Notes: generated from the letters alone by a model not told the origin. A stretch of 62,978 nucleotides of DNA, filler included, from 7 parts of 7 records of this genome joined end to end with filler, not necessarily neighbours in it; one strand, 5' to 3'. Positions 20,422-32,202 are shown, counted from the first letter of the whole stretch. Translations and numbers: made by a program.

Positions 20422-22557
20422 GTGAATCCAGTAACTAAAACGTTCCAGTACGGCGGCCAGACCGTCACCCTGGAGACGGGCCGAATTGCCCGTCAGGCAA
20501 GCGGCGCGGTGTTGGTCACCGTGGAAAACACCTCGGTACTGTGTACCGTCGTAGCAGAAAAAACCCAGCGCGAGGGGCGCGACTTCTTCCCCCTGGCCGT
20601 GCACTACACCGAAAAAACCTACGCGGTCGGTAAAATCCCCGGTGGCTTCTTCAAGCGTGAAGGCCGGCCCAGCGAGAAAGAGACCCTGACCTCCCGACTG
20701 ATCGACCGTCCCATTCGCCCGCTGTTCCCGAACGGTTTCATGAACGAGGTGCAGGTAGTCTGCACCGTGATGTCTGCTGACAAGCACATCGACCCGGATA
20801 TCCCCGCCATGATCGGCACCTCTGCTGCCCTGGCCATCTCCGGTTGCCCGTTCAACGGCCCGATCGGTGCGGCTCGCGTCGGCTTCAACGAAGCCCGTGG
20901 CTACATCCTCAACCCGACCTACGACGAGCTGCCCGAGAGCAAGCTGGACATGGTAGTAGCGGGTACTGACGAAGCCGTTCTTATGGTTGAGTCGGAGGCC
21001 AAAGAGCTGACCGAAGACCAGATGTTGGGCGCAGTACTGTTTGCTCACCAGGAAATGCAGACTGTCATCCAGGCAATCAACGACCTGGTTGCCGAAGCCG
21101 GCAAGCCGCGCTGGGAGTGGCAGGCGCCTGCAGTTAACGAGGAACTGGTGGCTGCGGTGGAAGCACAGGTCAAGAACGACCTGGGCGAGGCCTACCGCAT
21201 TACCGAGAAAGCGTCACGCTACGAGCGTGTCGGCGCAATCCGCGAGGCCTGCATCCAGGCACTGGCAGTGGAGGGAGGCCCCTCTGCTGACGAGATCAAG
21301 GATATCTTCAAGAGCGTCGAGAAGAACCTGGTGCGCAAGCGCATCCTGGCCGGTGAAGCCCGCATCGATGGTCGCGACAATCGCACCGTTCGCGCCATTG
21401 CCTGCGAAGTCGACATCCTGCCCAAGGCTCACGGTTCTGCCCTGTTCACCCGGGGTGAAACCCAGGCGATCGGTGCCCTGACCCTGGGCTCGACCCGCGA
21501 TGCACAGATTATCGATGCCCTGGAAGGCGAGCGTCGCGATCCGTTCATGCTGCACTACAACTTCCCTCCCTACTCCGTCGGTGAGGCGGGTCGGGTTGGT
21601 TTCACCAGCCGTCGCGAAGTTGGCCACGGTCGTCTTGCGCGCCGCGGTCTTGCTGCGGTTATGCCCAGCCCCGACGACTTCCCCTATACCATCCGCCTGG
21701 TATCGGAGATCACCGAATCCAACGGTTCCAGCTCCATGGCCTCAGTCTGTGTCGGCTCCCTGTCGATGATGGCGGCGGGTGTACCGCTGAAGGCGCCGGT
21801 AGCCGGTATCGCCATGGGCCTGGTCAAGGATGGCAACCAGTTTGCCGTGTTGACCGATATCCTGGGTGACGAAGATCACCTGGGCGACATGGACTTCAAA
21901 GTGGCTGGTACCGCCGAAGGCGTTACCGCCCTGCAGATGGACATCAAGATCGAAGGCATCAACGAGCAGATCATGGAGATCGCCCTCGAGCAGGCCCAGC
22001 AGGCTCGCCTGCACATCCTTGGCCAGATGAACACGGTACTTGCCGAACCGCGCCAGGTGACCTCGGAGAATGCGCCGAGCATGGTTACCCTGAAGGTCGA
22101 TTCCGACAAGATCCGCGACATCATCGGCAAGGGCGGTGCAACCATCCGCTCCATTACCGAAACCTCCGGTGCCACCGTCGATATCGATGACGACGGCACG
22201 GTTCGCGTCTTCGGCCAGGACCAGGCTGCCCGCGACCGCGCGGTGGCGATGATCGAAGAGATCACTGCCGAGGCTGAAGTCGGTGCGGTGTATACCGGTA
22301 CCGTTGCCCGCATCGTTGATTTTGGTGCGTTCGTCAACATCCTTCCCGGTAAGGACGGCCTGGTACACATTTCCCAGATCGCCAATGAGCGGGTCGAGAA
22401 TGTGACTGACCATCTGAGCGAAGGTGACGAAGTCCGGGTGAAGGTGCTGGACGTTGACCAGCGCGGCCGGATCAAGCTGTCGATCAAGGAACTCCTCGAT
22501 GACGAGGTGGTTGTCGACGAGCAAGTGGTTGTTGAGGAACCCACTGCAGCGGAATAA
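20422..22557 (+). CDS. pnp: Polyribonucleotide nucleotidyltransferase
   Basis: [30 protein letters not shown] and S1 domains. Confidence 0.98.
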   Translation: MNPVTKTFQYGGQTVTLETGRIARQASGAVLVTVENTSVLCTVVAEKTQREGRDFFPLAVHYTEKTYAVGKIPGGFFKREGRPSEKETLTSRLIDRPIRPLFPNGFMNEVQVVCTVMSADKHIDPDIPAMIGTSAALAISGCPFNGPIGAARVGFNEARGYILNPTYDELPESKLDMVVAGTDEAVLMVESEAKELTEDQMLGAVLFAHQEMQTVIQAINDLVAEAGKPRWEWQAPAVNEELVAAVEAQVKNDLGEAYRITEKASRYERVGAIREACIQALAVEGGPSADEIKDIFKSVEKNLVRKRILAGEARIDGRDNRTVRAIACEVDILPKAHGSALFTRGETQAIGALTLGSTRDAQIIDALEGERRDPFMLHYNFPPYSVGEAGRVGFTSRREVGHGRLARRGLAAVMPSPDDFPYTIRLVSEITESNGSSSMASVCVGSLSMMAAGVPLKAPVAGIAMGLVKDGNQFAVLTDILGDEDHLGDMDFKVAGTAEGVTALQMDIKIEGINEQIMEIALEQAQQARLHILGQMNTVLAEPRQVTSENAPSMVTLKVDSDKIRDIIGKGGATIRSITETSGATVDIDDDGTVRVFGQDQAARDRAVAMIEEITAEAEVGAVYTGTVARIVDFGAFVNILPGKDGLVHISQIANERVENVTDHLSEGDEVRVKVLDVDQRGRIKLSIKELLDDEVVVDEQVVVEEPTAAE

Positions 22558-22581
22558 ACCCCGCTACAGGGCAACAGCCAG

Positions 22582-22614
22582 AAGAGGGCGCACCGTGAGG
22601 GGCGCCCTTTTTTT
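22582..22614 (+). terminator. Rho-independent terminator after pnp
   Basis: AGGGCGCACC-GTGA-GGGGCGCCCT followed by T7. Confidence 0.85.
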
Positions 22615-22655
22615 ATGTGCGGCTTAGGGGCTGACCCCGGCCGGGAGCAGCGGGG

Positions 22656-23379
<724 letters not shown>

Positions 23380-23479
23380 NNNNNNNNNNNNNNNNNNNNN
23401 NNNNNNNNNNNNNNNNNNNNNNNTTAATTAATTAANNNNNNNNNNNNNNNNNNNNNNNNNNNNNNNNNNNNNNNNNNNN
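23380..23479. other. Artificial contig spacer
   Basis: N-run with TTAATTAATTAA. Confidence 0.99.
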
Positions 23480-23509
23480 TCCAGCATTCCAGCATTCCAG
23501 CATTTCAGC
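23480..23509. repeat. 8-mer tandem repeat at contig start
   Basis: (TCCAGCAT)3 plus degenerate TTCAGC. Confidence 0.85.
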
Positions 23510-23979
23510 CGAGCGTCGCTCAGTATCACAGAATTCCGGTGGCAAAAATTCTCGGGCTGCAAAATACGGACGGCATATCTCTTTGGGGCTCAACCGTACG
23601 GCGAATAACGATCGCGCCGTTTATATTCTGCTGCCCGCCAAATTGAGATTGCCTGCCCCGAAAATTCATCGCCGCAGTGATGTTTGACGCCAGACTTTCG
23701 CTCTCAGCCCAAGTTCCAAAGTCATATGTCAAGCACACACGCCACCTTCTGAGATCGAACTGACAGTTTCCAGTACATCGCCCACTCCATCAGCTGCTCA
23801 CGAGCCAATCCCAAGGATTCGGCTGGTTACTGCCGCTTTGGGTTTCTGTATAACATTCAGCCCCGGCTCCTGACTTTGAATTCATCTGAAAGAATCAAGG
23901 CAATTATGCTCAGCGGGAAGCAATTGAGGTTGAGAGCGCTGGAATTTGGTTTTTGGGTTAGAGGGCTGAGAATCTCTCA

Positions 23980-24026
23980 AAAAATCAAGCGGGTCGAGCC
24001 CTTAGGGCTCGACCCGCTTGATTTTT
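23980..24026. repeat. Perfect 22-bp inverted repeat (REP-like)
   Basis: AAAAATCAAGCGGGTCGAGCCC-TTA-GGGCTCGACCCGCTTGATTTTT. Confidence 0.9.
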
Positions 24027-24536
24027 GATTCGGAATCGCGCGAATTCCGGATAACATCAAGGCATCAAATACAGAATATCAGCCTTTTGGCTTCTAACTC
24101 CGGCTCATTATCACGAAATCTGGGGACTTAGATCTGAATGACTTGACATTCGAGACTTGCAGACTTCCGGCTGAGCGACTCTGGTGCACGAACGCGGAAT
24201 ATGGATGGAGATGTCTGACCAGATCCGCCCCTGAAACCAGCCAGATCAACAGCCGCATACCCGGAAGTATAATTGGTCCAGTTGTCCAAGGAAGTTCGGC
24301 TGAAGGAACTCAGAATGAAGTTGAGAGGGCAGGATCAGCAGGTGAACGGTCAGATTTTCAACTAAAAAGTTTCCCACACCAGCTGGTGGCTCACAGCTGG
24401 TGTTTAATCTCAAAGTCCGACAACTCCAACCCCATCAACTAACAAGAAAATCAAAAAGCCCGAGACCGAAGCTGAAACCGCAGGTGATGCAAGGGCTCAA
24501 GGGCGGTCCGATGTTGTCAATTAAACTGCTGAAAAC

Positions 24537-24569
24537 AAAAAACGTGCTGCCGAATGAACGACAGCACGT
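24537..24569 (-). terminator. Terminator downstream of hslO
   Basis: Minus strand ACGTGCTGTCGTTCATTCGGCAGCACGT followed by T tract. Confidence 0.75.
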
Positions 24570-24619
24570 CAGAAAACTGCTAAAACCTTGCGTTATAGTG
24601 GGCCTGGTGCCCGTTGGAT

Positions 24620-25543
24620 CTATTTGCCGTCGGCTTTTAGATCCTTGATAATGCCGCGAAAGTCGTCGTCCGAGAGTTCGTAACGTTCGCTGCAGTAATT
24701 GCAGACGAGTTCGTTTTGGCCCTTGGCCTGCATGTCCTCGATTTCAGCGCGGCCGAGCGTGCGCAAACCACTCTTGAAGCGGTCAATTGAGCAGCGGCAG
24801 TAGAAATCGATGGGAGTGTCGGCAACAATTTTGACATTTTCGCCGGCGATCATGCTGATGACTTCTTCGGGGCGATAATCGACCATCCAAGCGGAATCGC
24901 GTTCGCGGAGTTCCTTGATATTGGCAATGATCGTTTGGATCTGTTCATCCTTGGCGTCGGGCATGGCCTGCACCAGGATACCACCGGCGTGTGTAATCTT
25001 GCCGGATTCATCGATGCGTTCCTCAAGAACCACACTCGAACTGATTTGCTCGGATTGCAGAAGATACTGCTCCAGATCAGCGCTGACATCACCTTTGGCG
25101 AGATCCGTGATTCCCGTTATGGGCTCACCACGCTCGTACAGCACCTTGCTCACCTGCAGCAAACCAATCCCGAGGCCGTCACCAAGCTGCGTGTTGGGCT
25201 TGGAAGCATCAAGCGCCGCGGCAGGATTTGCCACAAAACCACGGACTTCACCGACCTGCATAGCCTCGGCATACACATGCGCGAGCGGGCCACTGCCTTT
25301 GATATCGAGAATGAGACGCTCTTCGCCTTTGAGAAACGAAGCGAGGAGTGCCGCACCGGACATGGCGCGCGAAAGGACTACGGCAGCCAGGGGACCAAGA
25401 CCGTGGCGCTGCTGCGCGAGGGCGGAAAGATTATTTGAGCGCACCACACCGATGCGAAAGTGCCCATCCTCGGTTAATCCGCGGGCAACACGATCGCGGG
25501 TCTGATACATCTTTTTAAGCGATCTGAGATTTGACTCGGCCAC
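24620..25543 (-). CDS. hslO: Hsp33 redox-regulated chaperone
   Basis: YLLQSEQI, AGGILVQAMP, CRCS...CNYC zinc centre; GAGGAGG RBS before GTG 25543. Confidence 0.93.
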   Translation of the reverse strand: MAESNLRSLKKMYQTRDRVARGLTEDGHFRIGVVRSNNLSALAQQRHGLGPLAAVVLSRAMSGAALLASFLKGEERLILDIKGSGPLAHVYAEAMQVGEVRGFVANPAAALDASKPNTQLGDGLGIGLLQVSKVLYERGEPITGITDLAKGDVSADLEQYLLQSEQISSSVVLEERIDESGKITHAGGILVQAMPDAKDEQIQTIIANIKELRERDSAWMVDYRPEEVISMIAGENVKIVADTPIDFYCRCSIDRFKSGLRTLGRAEIEDMQAKGQNELVCNYCSERYELSDDDFRGIIKDLKADGK

Positions 25544-25936
25544 AACGACCTCCTCGTAAGATCTAACAGTCTTGCGCTTGTCCACATTGAAGTATTGTAC
25601 TGGCACACCGCGTAAAACGGCACCAGATGGGAGCCGGCGCAAAAAAATGCAAAAGGCATGAAACGATTATTGACCGGAGGCATTGTTTTGCGCAGACGGC
25701 ATGCGCTTGGGAGCCAGGATTTTGCCTTTCAAAGTTGTGACTTTGACCGTACTTTGGGAATCTTTTGGCGGGTGTAACTTGTTGCTGCTTTCGATTGTCT
25801 CCCACGCAGGATTCGTGCGTCCACAATTGTTGGAATCTTCCAGCGTCGTTTGATCGTCTATTAAACTGAAGCACGCAGACATTTTTCCCATAGCGTGTTT
25901 TTGGCTTGCGAGCTTATTCCGCGTTTATCGCTCACT

Positions 25937-28900
25937 ATGAAAGACAACCCCCTGTCCCGCCTAGGCCGAGTTCTGAGTGTACTGCTGTTTGGCTTTTTTG
26001 CCGCCAGTGTTACACCGCTCCAGGCACAGCTCATCATCCAGCTGGAAACACTAACGTTGCCGGATGTGACGATTGACGCCTCAAATTTTCCACATGTGAG
26101 TGCCCGGATTCGTGCGAACTACAACGGCAGTGCGTACGCACTTTCCATTGATGAAGTGCTGATTCAGGAAGATAACCGCACAACGCGGCCACACACGATT
26201 GGCACTCCCAACGGTGCCGGTTTCCAAACGATAGAATGGCTTTCGACACTGCGCGGCGTGCAGCGCGACGGCTCCTCCACACCAGACAACCCCGTAGGCA
26301 TTAACCCGGCAACGATCTTTGCGATTGTGAATGGCGACGTAGCTCAAGCGCGCGCGCTTCAGCGCCGCTTTGACGCTCCACTCGTTCGTTTCCTGGGCTT
26401 GCAGCCTGAGCTGAGCGATGTAATGCCCGACGTTCATTTTGGACGAGTTGCTCCCGGCATAGATTCGACGATCTCCGTGTACGTTCAGCTGCAGACCGCG
26501 GCACGTGTAAATGGCTCCGAGCAGCCGGTGCGCGTGGACTCGGTGACCGTTTCCGGCGACCAATTCGGCTGGAAATGGATGGGTGCTGCGATCAACCGCA
26601 ATGATCAGTTTCCAATCGACATAATCTCGCCTTTCCGCTATCGCATAGAAGTGACCTTTTCGCCGACGAGCGATGCATTCGCCTACGACACGCTGACGGT
26701 CTACTACGAGGATGGCGCTACGCGGCAAGCCTTTTTGATTGGCAATCAGTTTGAAGTTCCGGATGTCTCGCCACTGCGGCTGACGGCACCGGCGGACGGC
26801 AGCATTTTTGCGCCCTGTGAAGAAGTAACAATTGAGTGGGAAGGGGCAACGCCTGACCTGCCGGTAAATATTGAGTTTTCGCCGGATGCGGGCCGCAGTT
26901 GGCAGCTGATAGGCGAAACTACACGCGAAAGCCTGCTGTGGCGCATGCCTGCCGAAGGCAGCGATCAAGTGCGCTTCCGTGTGACGCAGCCGCTGCAGGC
27001 GACTGAAACACGCACGCTGCAGGAGCAAGGCACTGCCGTGGGCAGCGTCGGCTTCAGTAATGACAGCCGCACCTTACTCTCTGCCGACCAAAGTGGAATA
27101 ATTCGCTCCTGGGACGCCGTCTCAACAAATGAAGGTCTGGTCTACACTCTGCCGGGCTCACGCCTGAACGTACAAGCTTATGCCGCCCAGACACTGGATT
27201 ATATCAGCGATGAGCAGTTTGTAGCGGTGTACAGCAGCGTGGTAGCACGGCGCGATTCAGTTTTCCTCTTCAATGTTGGTCAGCAGGACCCGATTGGCAC
27301 ATATGGGCTACCGAGCGATTTTCCGCTAAGCGCCGCCGCAATTGACCCGAATGGTCGATTTGTACTGTGTGGTTCTACTTCTTCGGCTGAGCTGCTGGTC
27401 GTTGATCTGCCGGGCTTTGGTGAGCGCCGCATTCCCTTTGACGCGCCGATTACCGGCGTCACAGTCAGTGGCGGACAGAACCAGGCGGTGGTTTCACTGC
27501 TGGACGGTCAATTGATTATTCTGGATCTGCCGAGCCTGACAAGCAGCAAAACAATTGAACTTGGACACCTGCAGATCATCAACCGCCTGGCGATGTCGCC
27601 CGACGGACGTTTTGTAGCGATTGCCACACAATCGCCGCGCGTAACACAACAAGGTGGCGGGCGCGCTTCGGTTCACATTATTGATGTGAACTCGGGGGCA
27701 ACAATTCGTTCTTTCCGGCGCAGCAGTACCGACGCTGTTGGTTTTACGTTCAGCTCAACTGCGCGTTTCCTGGCGATTGGTTTTGAGGGTGCTCCACAAA
27801 CGAGAATTTACAATCTGCCGAATGATCGCGATGAAGGTAGCATTATCAGCCACCCGGCGCAGCTGACAGACTTGCAGTTTGCCGACAATGGCTTTTCAAT
27901 CGCCTCATCGTCAACGGGTAGAATTCAAAATCTTAAGCTGCGTACGTTCTCCTTCCCGGAGCGCGACTCCAACGACACATTTATTCGAATTGTGCCGCCG
28001 CAAGTGCGGCTGGCGACCGTCAATCTGCCACCTGCACTGATTGGTGCGAGTGAGCCGGTAGAAATCACGACGGCGATCTGTAATGATGGTGAAACCCCGC
28101 TGGACCTGGAAAACATTTTCCTTGGAACGGGACTCTCCTTCCGCCTGGCGACAGCGTTTACGCGCGACACTTTACAGCCGGGCGAGTGCCGTGACGTCAG
28201 CCTGATATTTAATCCGAGTGATACGGGTTCGATCCGCGATGTGCTTGTCTTTGCATCCTGCGAACGCGAATTTGTGATTCCGCTGCAGGCACAGTCTCTC
28301 AACCGCAACATCGCACTGCTGGCCGACAACTATGATTTTGGCGAGTTATGTGTCGGCGAGGAATTGACCGTTGAGATTGAACTGATTCGCAATGACGACA
28401 ACCGTCCATTACTTGTAAACTCCATCTTCATTGAAGACATAGCAACGTCACCGTTTGTGCTGGCCGAAGCGATTGTAGATACCGTGTTGCAGCCGGGTGA
28501 AACCCTGCGCGCCAACGTTCGGTTTTCGCCGCTGGACCTGGGAAGCGAAGAGCGCATCGTAACTATCGAGCACTCGGATCAGCGCCAGGTGACGGCTTCG
28601 TTTGACTTCCGCGGTGTTGGCGTAGGAGCGGAACTGGATTACTCACACCAGACGCTGACATTTATTCCCGAAGAACGCGAGCGCATTGTGCGCATCAGCA
28701 ACAATTCAGATAATCCTGTGAATGTCTCAGACGTACAGTCAGCCGATCCGAGCGAATACCGTGTTAACACAACATTCCCCGCCGTTATCGGCCCAGGCGA
28801 GACATTTGAGATAGCAGTAGAATACCTGGGTGATGCCGGCACGATTCCAACGAGTGAGCTGCTGATTAATTCCGAACCGTGTTCGGGCAACCAGGCGATT

Positions 28901-29614
28901 GTTCTGGGTGCCTACCGCGCCACGAGTATTGTTGAGTTGCCGACGGTGGAGGCCGACCCAACCAAAGCTACGAGCCTGCCGATCAGCTTTCGCAATGACG
29001 AAACGGTGGCGTATGACGGCGAACGCACGTTTGAGGCAGTCTTTACGATTGATCAGCGGATGTTCCTGCCGCAATCAGTAGAGACTTCTTTTGGAGAAGC
29101 CGAACTGTTCCGCAATGAAGTAATTGGCGAATTGCGCTATGTGGGCGTGCGCGTGCGCGGCAACTTTACAACTGAGGGTGTAGTTGTTAATGTCCTGGGA
29201 CTTCCAGGGCTGTCATCCACGCTGATCACTCCAATTGACTTTGTGGTTGATGAATCGCTCTACTGGAGTGCTGCAGTTACAACGCTGGGTAGTGCCGGTC
29301 AGTTGATTATCACGCCTGAAGATCCGACGCGCCGCCTGATAAAACGTCAGGTACTGATGACGGTTGGTGGCGTGTTCCCGAACCCGGCTTCCGGCGCTAC
29401 GACGCTGGATGTAATCAGCGAGGAAGCCATTGGCGTGCGGCTGGAAGTTGTGGATATGCTCGGCAACCGCATTGCGGAGTTACCGCCGCTGAGTCTGCCG
29501 AAAGGTGTCTCACAGCACAAGCTGGATCTTAGCGCCGTACCGGTGGGTGCTTACCGCATCATGCTCGTGGCTCCGGCAGAAATGGCCTCCGTTCCGCTGC
29601 TGATAGCCCGCTGA
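25937..29614 (+). CDS. Secreted WD40/beta-propeller plus Ig-like (choice-of-anchor D/ASH-type) protein with T9SS C-terminal domain
   Basis: Signal peptide, WD40-like repeats, repeated LQPGE...F-P Ig modules, VFPNPASG...DMLG...GAYRI CTD. Confidence 0.82.
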   Translation: MKDNPLSRLGRVLSVLLFGFFAASVTPLQAQLIIQLETLTLPDVTIDASNFPHVSARIRANYNGSAYALSIDEVLIQEDNRTTRPHTIGTPNGAGFQTIEWLSTLRGVQRDGSSTPDNPVGINPATIFAIVNGDVAQARALQRRFDAPLVRFLGLQPELSDVMPDVHFGRVAPGIDSTISVYVQLQTAARVNGSEQPVRVDSVTVSGDQFGWKWMGAAINRNDQFPIDIISPFRYRIEVTFSPTSDAFAYDTLTVYYEDGATRQAFLIGNQFEVPDVSPLRLTAPADGSIFAPCEEVTIEWEGATPDLPVNIEFSPDAGRSWQLIGETTRESLLWRMPAEGSDQVRFRVTQPLQATETRTLQEQGTAVGSVGFSNDSRTLLSADQSGIIRSWDAVSTNEGLVYTLPGSRLNVQAYAAQTLDYISDEQFVAVYSSVVARRDSVFLFNVGQQDPIGTYGLPSDFPLSAAAIDPNGRFVLCGSTSSAELLVVDLPGFGERRIPFDAPITGVTVSGGQNQAVVSLLDGQLIILDLPSLTSSKTIELGHLQIINRLAMSPDGRFVAIATQSPRVTQQGGGRASVHIIDVNSGATIRSFRRSSTDAVGFTFSSTARFLAIGFEGAPQTRIYNLPNDRDEGSIISHPAQLTDLQFADNGFSIASSSTGRIQNLKLRTFSFPERDSNDTFIRIVPPQVRLATVNLPPALIGASEPVEITTAICNDGETPLDLENIFLGTGLSFRLATAFTRDTLQPGECRDVSLIFNPSDTGSIRDVLVFASCEREFVIPLQAQSLNRNIALLADNYDFGELCVGEELTVEIELIRNDDNRPLLVNSIFIEDIATSPFVLAEAIVDTVLQPGETLRANVRFSPLDLGSEERIVTIEHSDQRQVTASFDFRGVGVGAELDYSHQTLTFIPEERERIVRISNNSDNPVNVSDVQSADPSEYRVNTTFPAVIGPGETFEIAVEYLGDAGTIPTSELLINSEPCSGNQAIVLGAYRATSIVELPTVEADPTKATSLPISFRNDETVAYDGERTFEAVFTIDQRMFLPQSVETSFGEAELFRNEVIGELRYVGVRVRGNFTTEGVVVNVLGLPGLSSTLITPIDFVVDESLYWSAAVTTLGSAGQLIITPEDPTRRLIKRQVLMTVGGVFPNPASGATTLDVISEEAIGVRLEVVDMLGNRIAELPPLSLPKGVSQHKLDLSAVPVGAYRIMLVAPAEMASVPLLIAR

Positions 29615-29784
29615 TGGCTGATAGGTCGCCGGACAGCAGGAATGGCCGGCCTCAAGAAATTTTTACCTGGTAGCTTAGGATTGTATTCCGGCCCACGGCA
29701 TTAATTGAAGAAAATTTACGGCATGCAACTACGCGGCGGCGCAAGCGCCGCGTTTGTCTTTTTATTAGGAATCCGGGAACAGGA

Positions 29785-31785
29785 ATGCTCTGGCCAAAAA
29801 ACGTACGGATCTTAGCCGTATTACTCTGGTTCTTTTGTCTTTGCTCAGTGGCCACTACGGCTACGGCGGCAGCGATGCCCCAGTCTCCCCCATCTGACGA
29901 AGCTCTGGCAGATACGAGCAAGTTCCAGCCGCTGCGCTGGACTGCGGGCCTGGGGCTGAACGCGAACCTGCATTCTGCCGCTTTTGTGGCACTGCCGGGC
30001 ATTCCGAGTTGCTGCGCTGAATATAGCAGCGGTTTTGGCTTGGGGCCGCACATTTATGGTGGACTGGAATACAACCCACAGTCCAGCATTTTTGGCATGC
30101 CACATCGCTGGAACCTGGCTTTGGGTTACAGCGCGATCGGCGCGACGCTGGAGGTAGACGAATTTTTTGCCTGGGCGATAGAGGGTGATGAAGCCGTGGA
30201 AGCGGTTTCGCGACACTCACTGGAAGCTTCGATTGCACTGATCAATTTTGAGCCGTCGATAGCCATACAGCCGCTGGCGAGCATGCCGGAACTGGCGCTG
30301 CACATTGGCCCCAGCTTCGGTTTTGCAATTGGAGCTTCCGCCGAGCAGTCGGAAGTACTGCTGCGACCAGAAGGTTATGATCTGGAGACGCAGCGGCCGG
30401 TGCGCAACGAGTATTCCGGCGATATTCCAGACGCAACTTCACTCCTGTTTGGTGCGCGGTTTGGTCTTAGTTATGATCTATATGAGCATGACCGCTTTAC
30501 GTTCAGTGCCGAAGCAAATTACCGACAATATTTTAACGACCTGGTAAGTGGTGTTGAGTGGAAACACTCGTCAATTCAGGGCGGAATCCGGATTGCATAT
30601 CAACCGCCGGTTGCCGTGGAGCCTCCCCCCCCACCGCCACCGCCGCCACCGCCGCCGCCCCCACCTCCTCCGCCGCCACCGCCAAAACCACCGGTTTTGA
30701 GTCTGGCTGCTGAAATGTATGTGGGAACGCGTAAAATCGGCGAAGGCGAAAAAATCGAAGTACCGCTTAGAATTGAGCGCACAATACAAATCCGCAGCAT
30801 GCGCCCGCAACTCTATTTTAGCGCCAACGGCAGTACTATGATTCCGGCGCCGGGAATCGACCCGGATCAAATGTTTAGTGCCCTGGCCAAGCGTGCGCAA
30901 CAGAATAATGGCATAACAATCGAAGCTCAAGCCGCTTCGGACGAAGAACTTGCAGTGGCGCAAGAGCGCGTAGATTATGTGCGTACGGAGTTAACGCGCC
31001 GCGGCGTTAAACAGAACCTAATAACAGCTAAAACCAGCAAAGCCGGCAAACCCGCAGGCAAACATCCCGAGCTGCTGGAAGAACAGCGCCTCCTGCGCTT
31101 AACGTTTGGCGAAGAAGCAGCCCTGCTGTCGCTGCGTGATACCGTAGAACAACGCTCCAGCGATCCGGTTGAGCTTGTAGTTGCTCCTGCGATGACAGTT
31201 GAACGCAGCCCGTATACGCTCGACGGACAGTTGAGTATTAACGGCAGTGCACAAACGACACTCAACGACGGTCCAACTACGTGGAATGCCACTGCCGAAG
31301 CCCTGCCACGCGATGATGTCGGCATTGCTCGCACTGGGAATCTGAAAGTAGAGTACACGGTACGCGACGGCGTTGGCCAGGAACGCCGGGCAAGCTTAAA
31401 CGCCAAAGTTGTTCCCAAGATCAGTACCAGCGAGCTTGTTAACCGCAAGGATGACAAGAGCAATGAAGAGTGGATTCTGGGATACTTTGACTTTGATGCC
31501 GATCAGTTTGCAGTTCTGCATCAGAATGCGATTGAACGCGTTAAAGAGGCGGCGGCATCAGGCAGGACAATCACCTTAACAGGAATGGCCGACGCGCTTG
31601 GCAGCCCGGACTACAACAAACGTTTGGCACGCCGACGTGTGTTAAACACCATTGAACTGCTCGGTCTAAACGAGAGCGACGTAGAGATTAAAATCCTGGC
31701 CGAAGGACGCTACAACAATGCATCGCCATATGGCCGCGTGCGCAACCGTAGTGTTATGGCCGAGATAGGCCCTGCGACGCCATAA
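29785..31785 (+). CDS. OmpA-family outer membrane protein (beta-barrel, poly-Pro linker, OmpA-like domains)
   Basis: Signal peptide, alternating beta strands, poly-Pro, C-terminal GMADALGSPDYNKRLARRR...RNRSV. Confidence 0.85.
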   Translation: MLWPKNVRILAVLLWFFCLCSVATTATAAAMPQSPPSDEALADTSKFQPLRWTAGLGLNANLHSAAFVALPGIPSCCAEYSSGFGLGPHIYGGLEYNPQSSIFGMPHRWNLALGYSAIGATLEVDEFFAWAIEGDEAVEAVSRHSLEASIALINFEPSIAIQPLASMPELALHIGPSFGFAIGASAEQSEVLLRPEGYDLETQRPVRNEYSGDIPDATSLLFGARFGLSYDLYEHDRFTFSAEANYRQYFNDLVSGVEWKHSSIQGGIRIAYQPPVAVEPPPPPPPPPPPPPPPPPPPPPKPPVLSLAAEMYVGTRKIGEGEKIEVPLRIERTIQIRSMRPQLYFSANGSTMIPAPGIDPDQMFSALAKRAQQNNGITIEAQAASDEELAVAQERVDYVRTELTRRGVKQNLITAKTSKAGKPAGKHPELLEEQRLLRLTFGEEAALLSLRDTVEQRSSDPVELVVAPAMTVERSPYTLDGQLSINGSAQTTLNDGPTTWNATAEALPRDDVGIARTGNLKVEYTVRDGVGQERRASLNAKVVPKISTSELVNRKDDKSNEEWILGYFDFDADQFAVLHQNAIERVKEAAASGRTITLTGMADALGSPDYNKRLARRRVLNTIELLGLNESDVEIKILAEGRYNNASPYGRVRNRSVMAEIGPATP

Positions 31786-32080
31786 AAGCCGCAAGCACTT
31801 GCGGCACTGATCAGAATTGATTTGTACCTGAGAAGGCACATAAAATTGCGGCTTAGAAAATGCAGCCGGCAGCTCCAAAGAATCGAAGGATTGTGGACTG
31901 CCGGCTGTTGTATTTTTGGATGAATTGTTTAGACTTGGGGATCAAGTGCTTGAGAGCTAGTGGGTAAGGTGTCAAATTCGGTATGCATCGTATACCGTCA
32001 CTATACACTTCCGGCCGGTTGTTTATTACTCAGTGTGCCACTTTTGGGGCCTTTGAACCCAGTCTCTAAGTCTTGGGGAT

Positions 32081-32180
32081 NNNNNNNNNNNNNNNNNNNN
32101 NNNNNNNNNNNNNNNNNNNNNNNNTTAATTAATTAANNNNNNNNNNNNNNNNNNNNNNNNNNNNNNNNNNNNNNNNNNNN
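32081..32180. other. Artificial contig spacer
   Basis: N-run with TTAATTAATTAA. Confidence 0.99.
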
Positions 32181-32202
32181 CGAGCCCTAAGGGCTCGACC
32201 CG
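32181..32202. repeat. Second, truncated copy of the REP-like palindrome
   Basis: CGAGCCCTAAGGGCTCGACCCG, reverse complement of the core at ~23990-24011. Confidence 0.85.

Noticed and set aside
31786-32080. Hairpins after the OmpA-family gene as an ncRNA
   Set aside because: Consistent with terminator or stabilising stems; no family signature.
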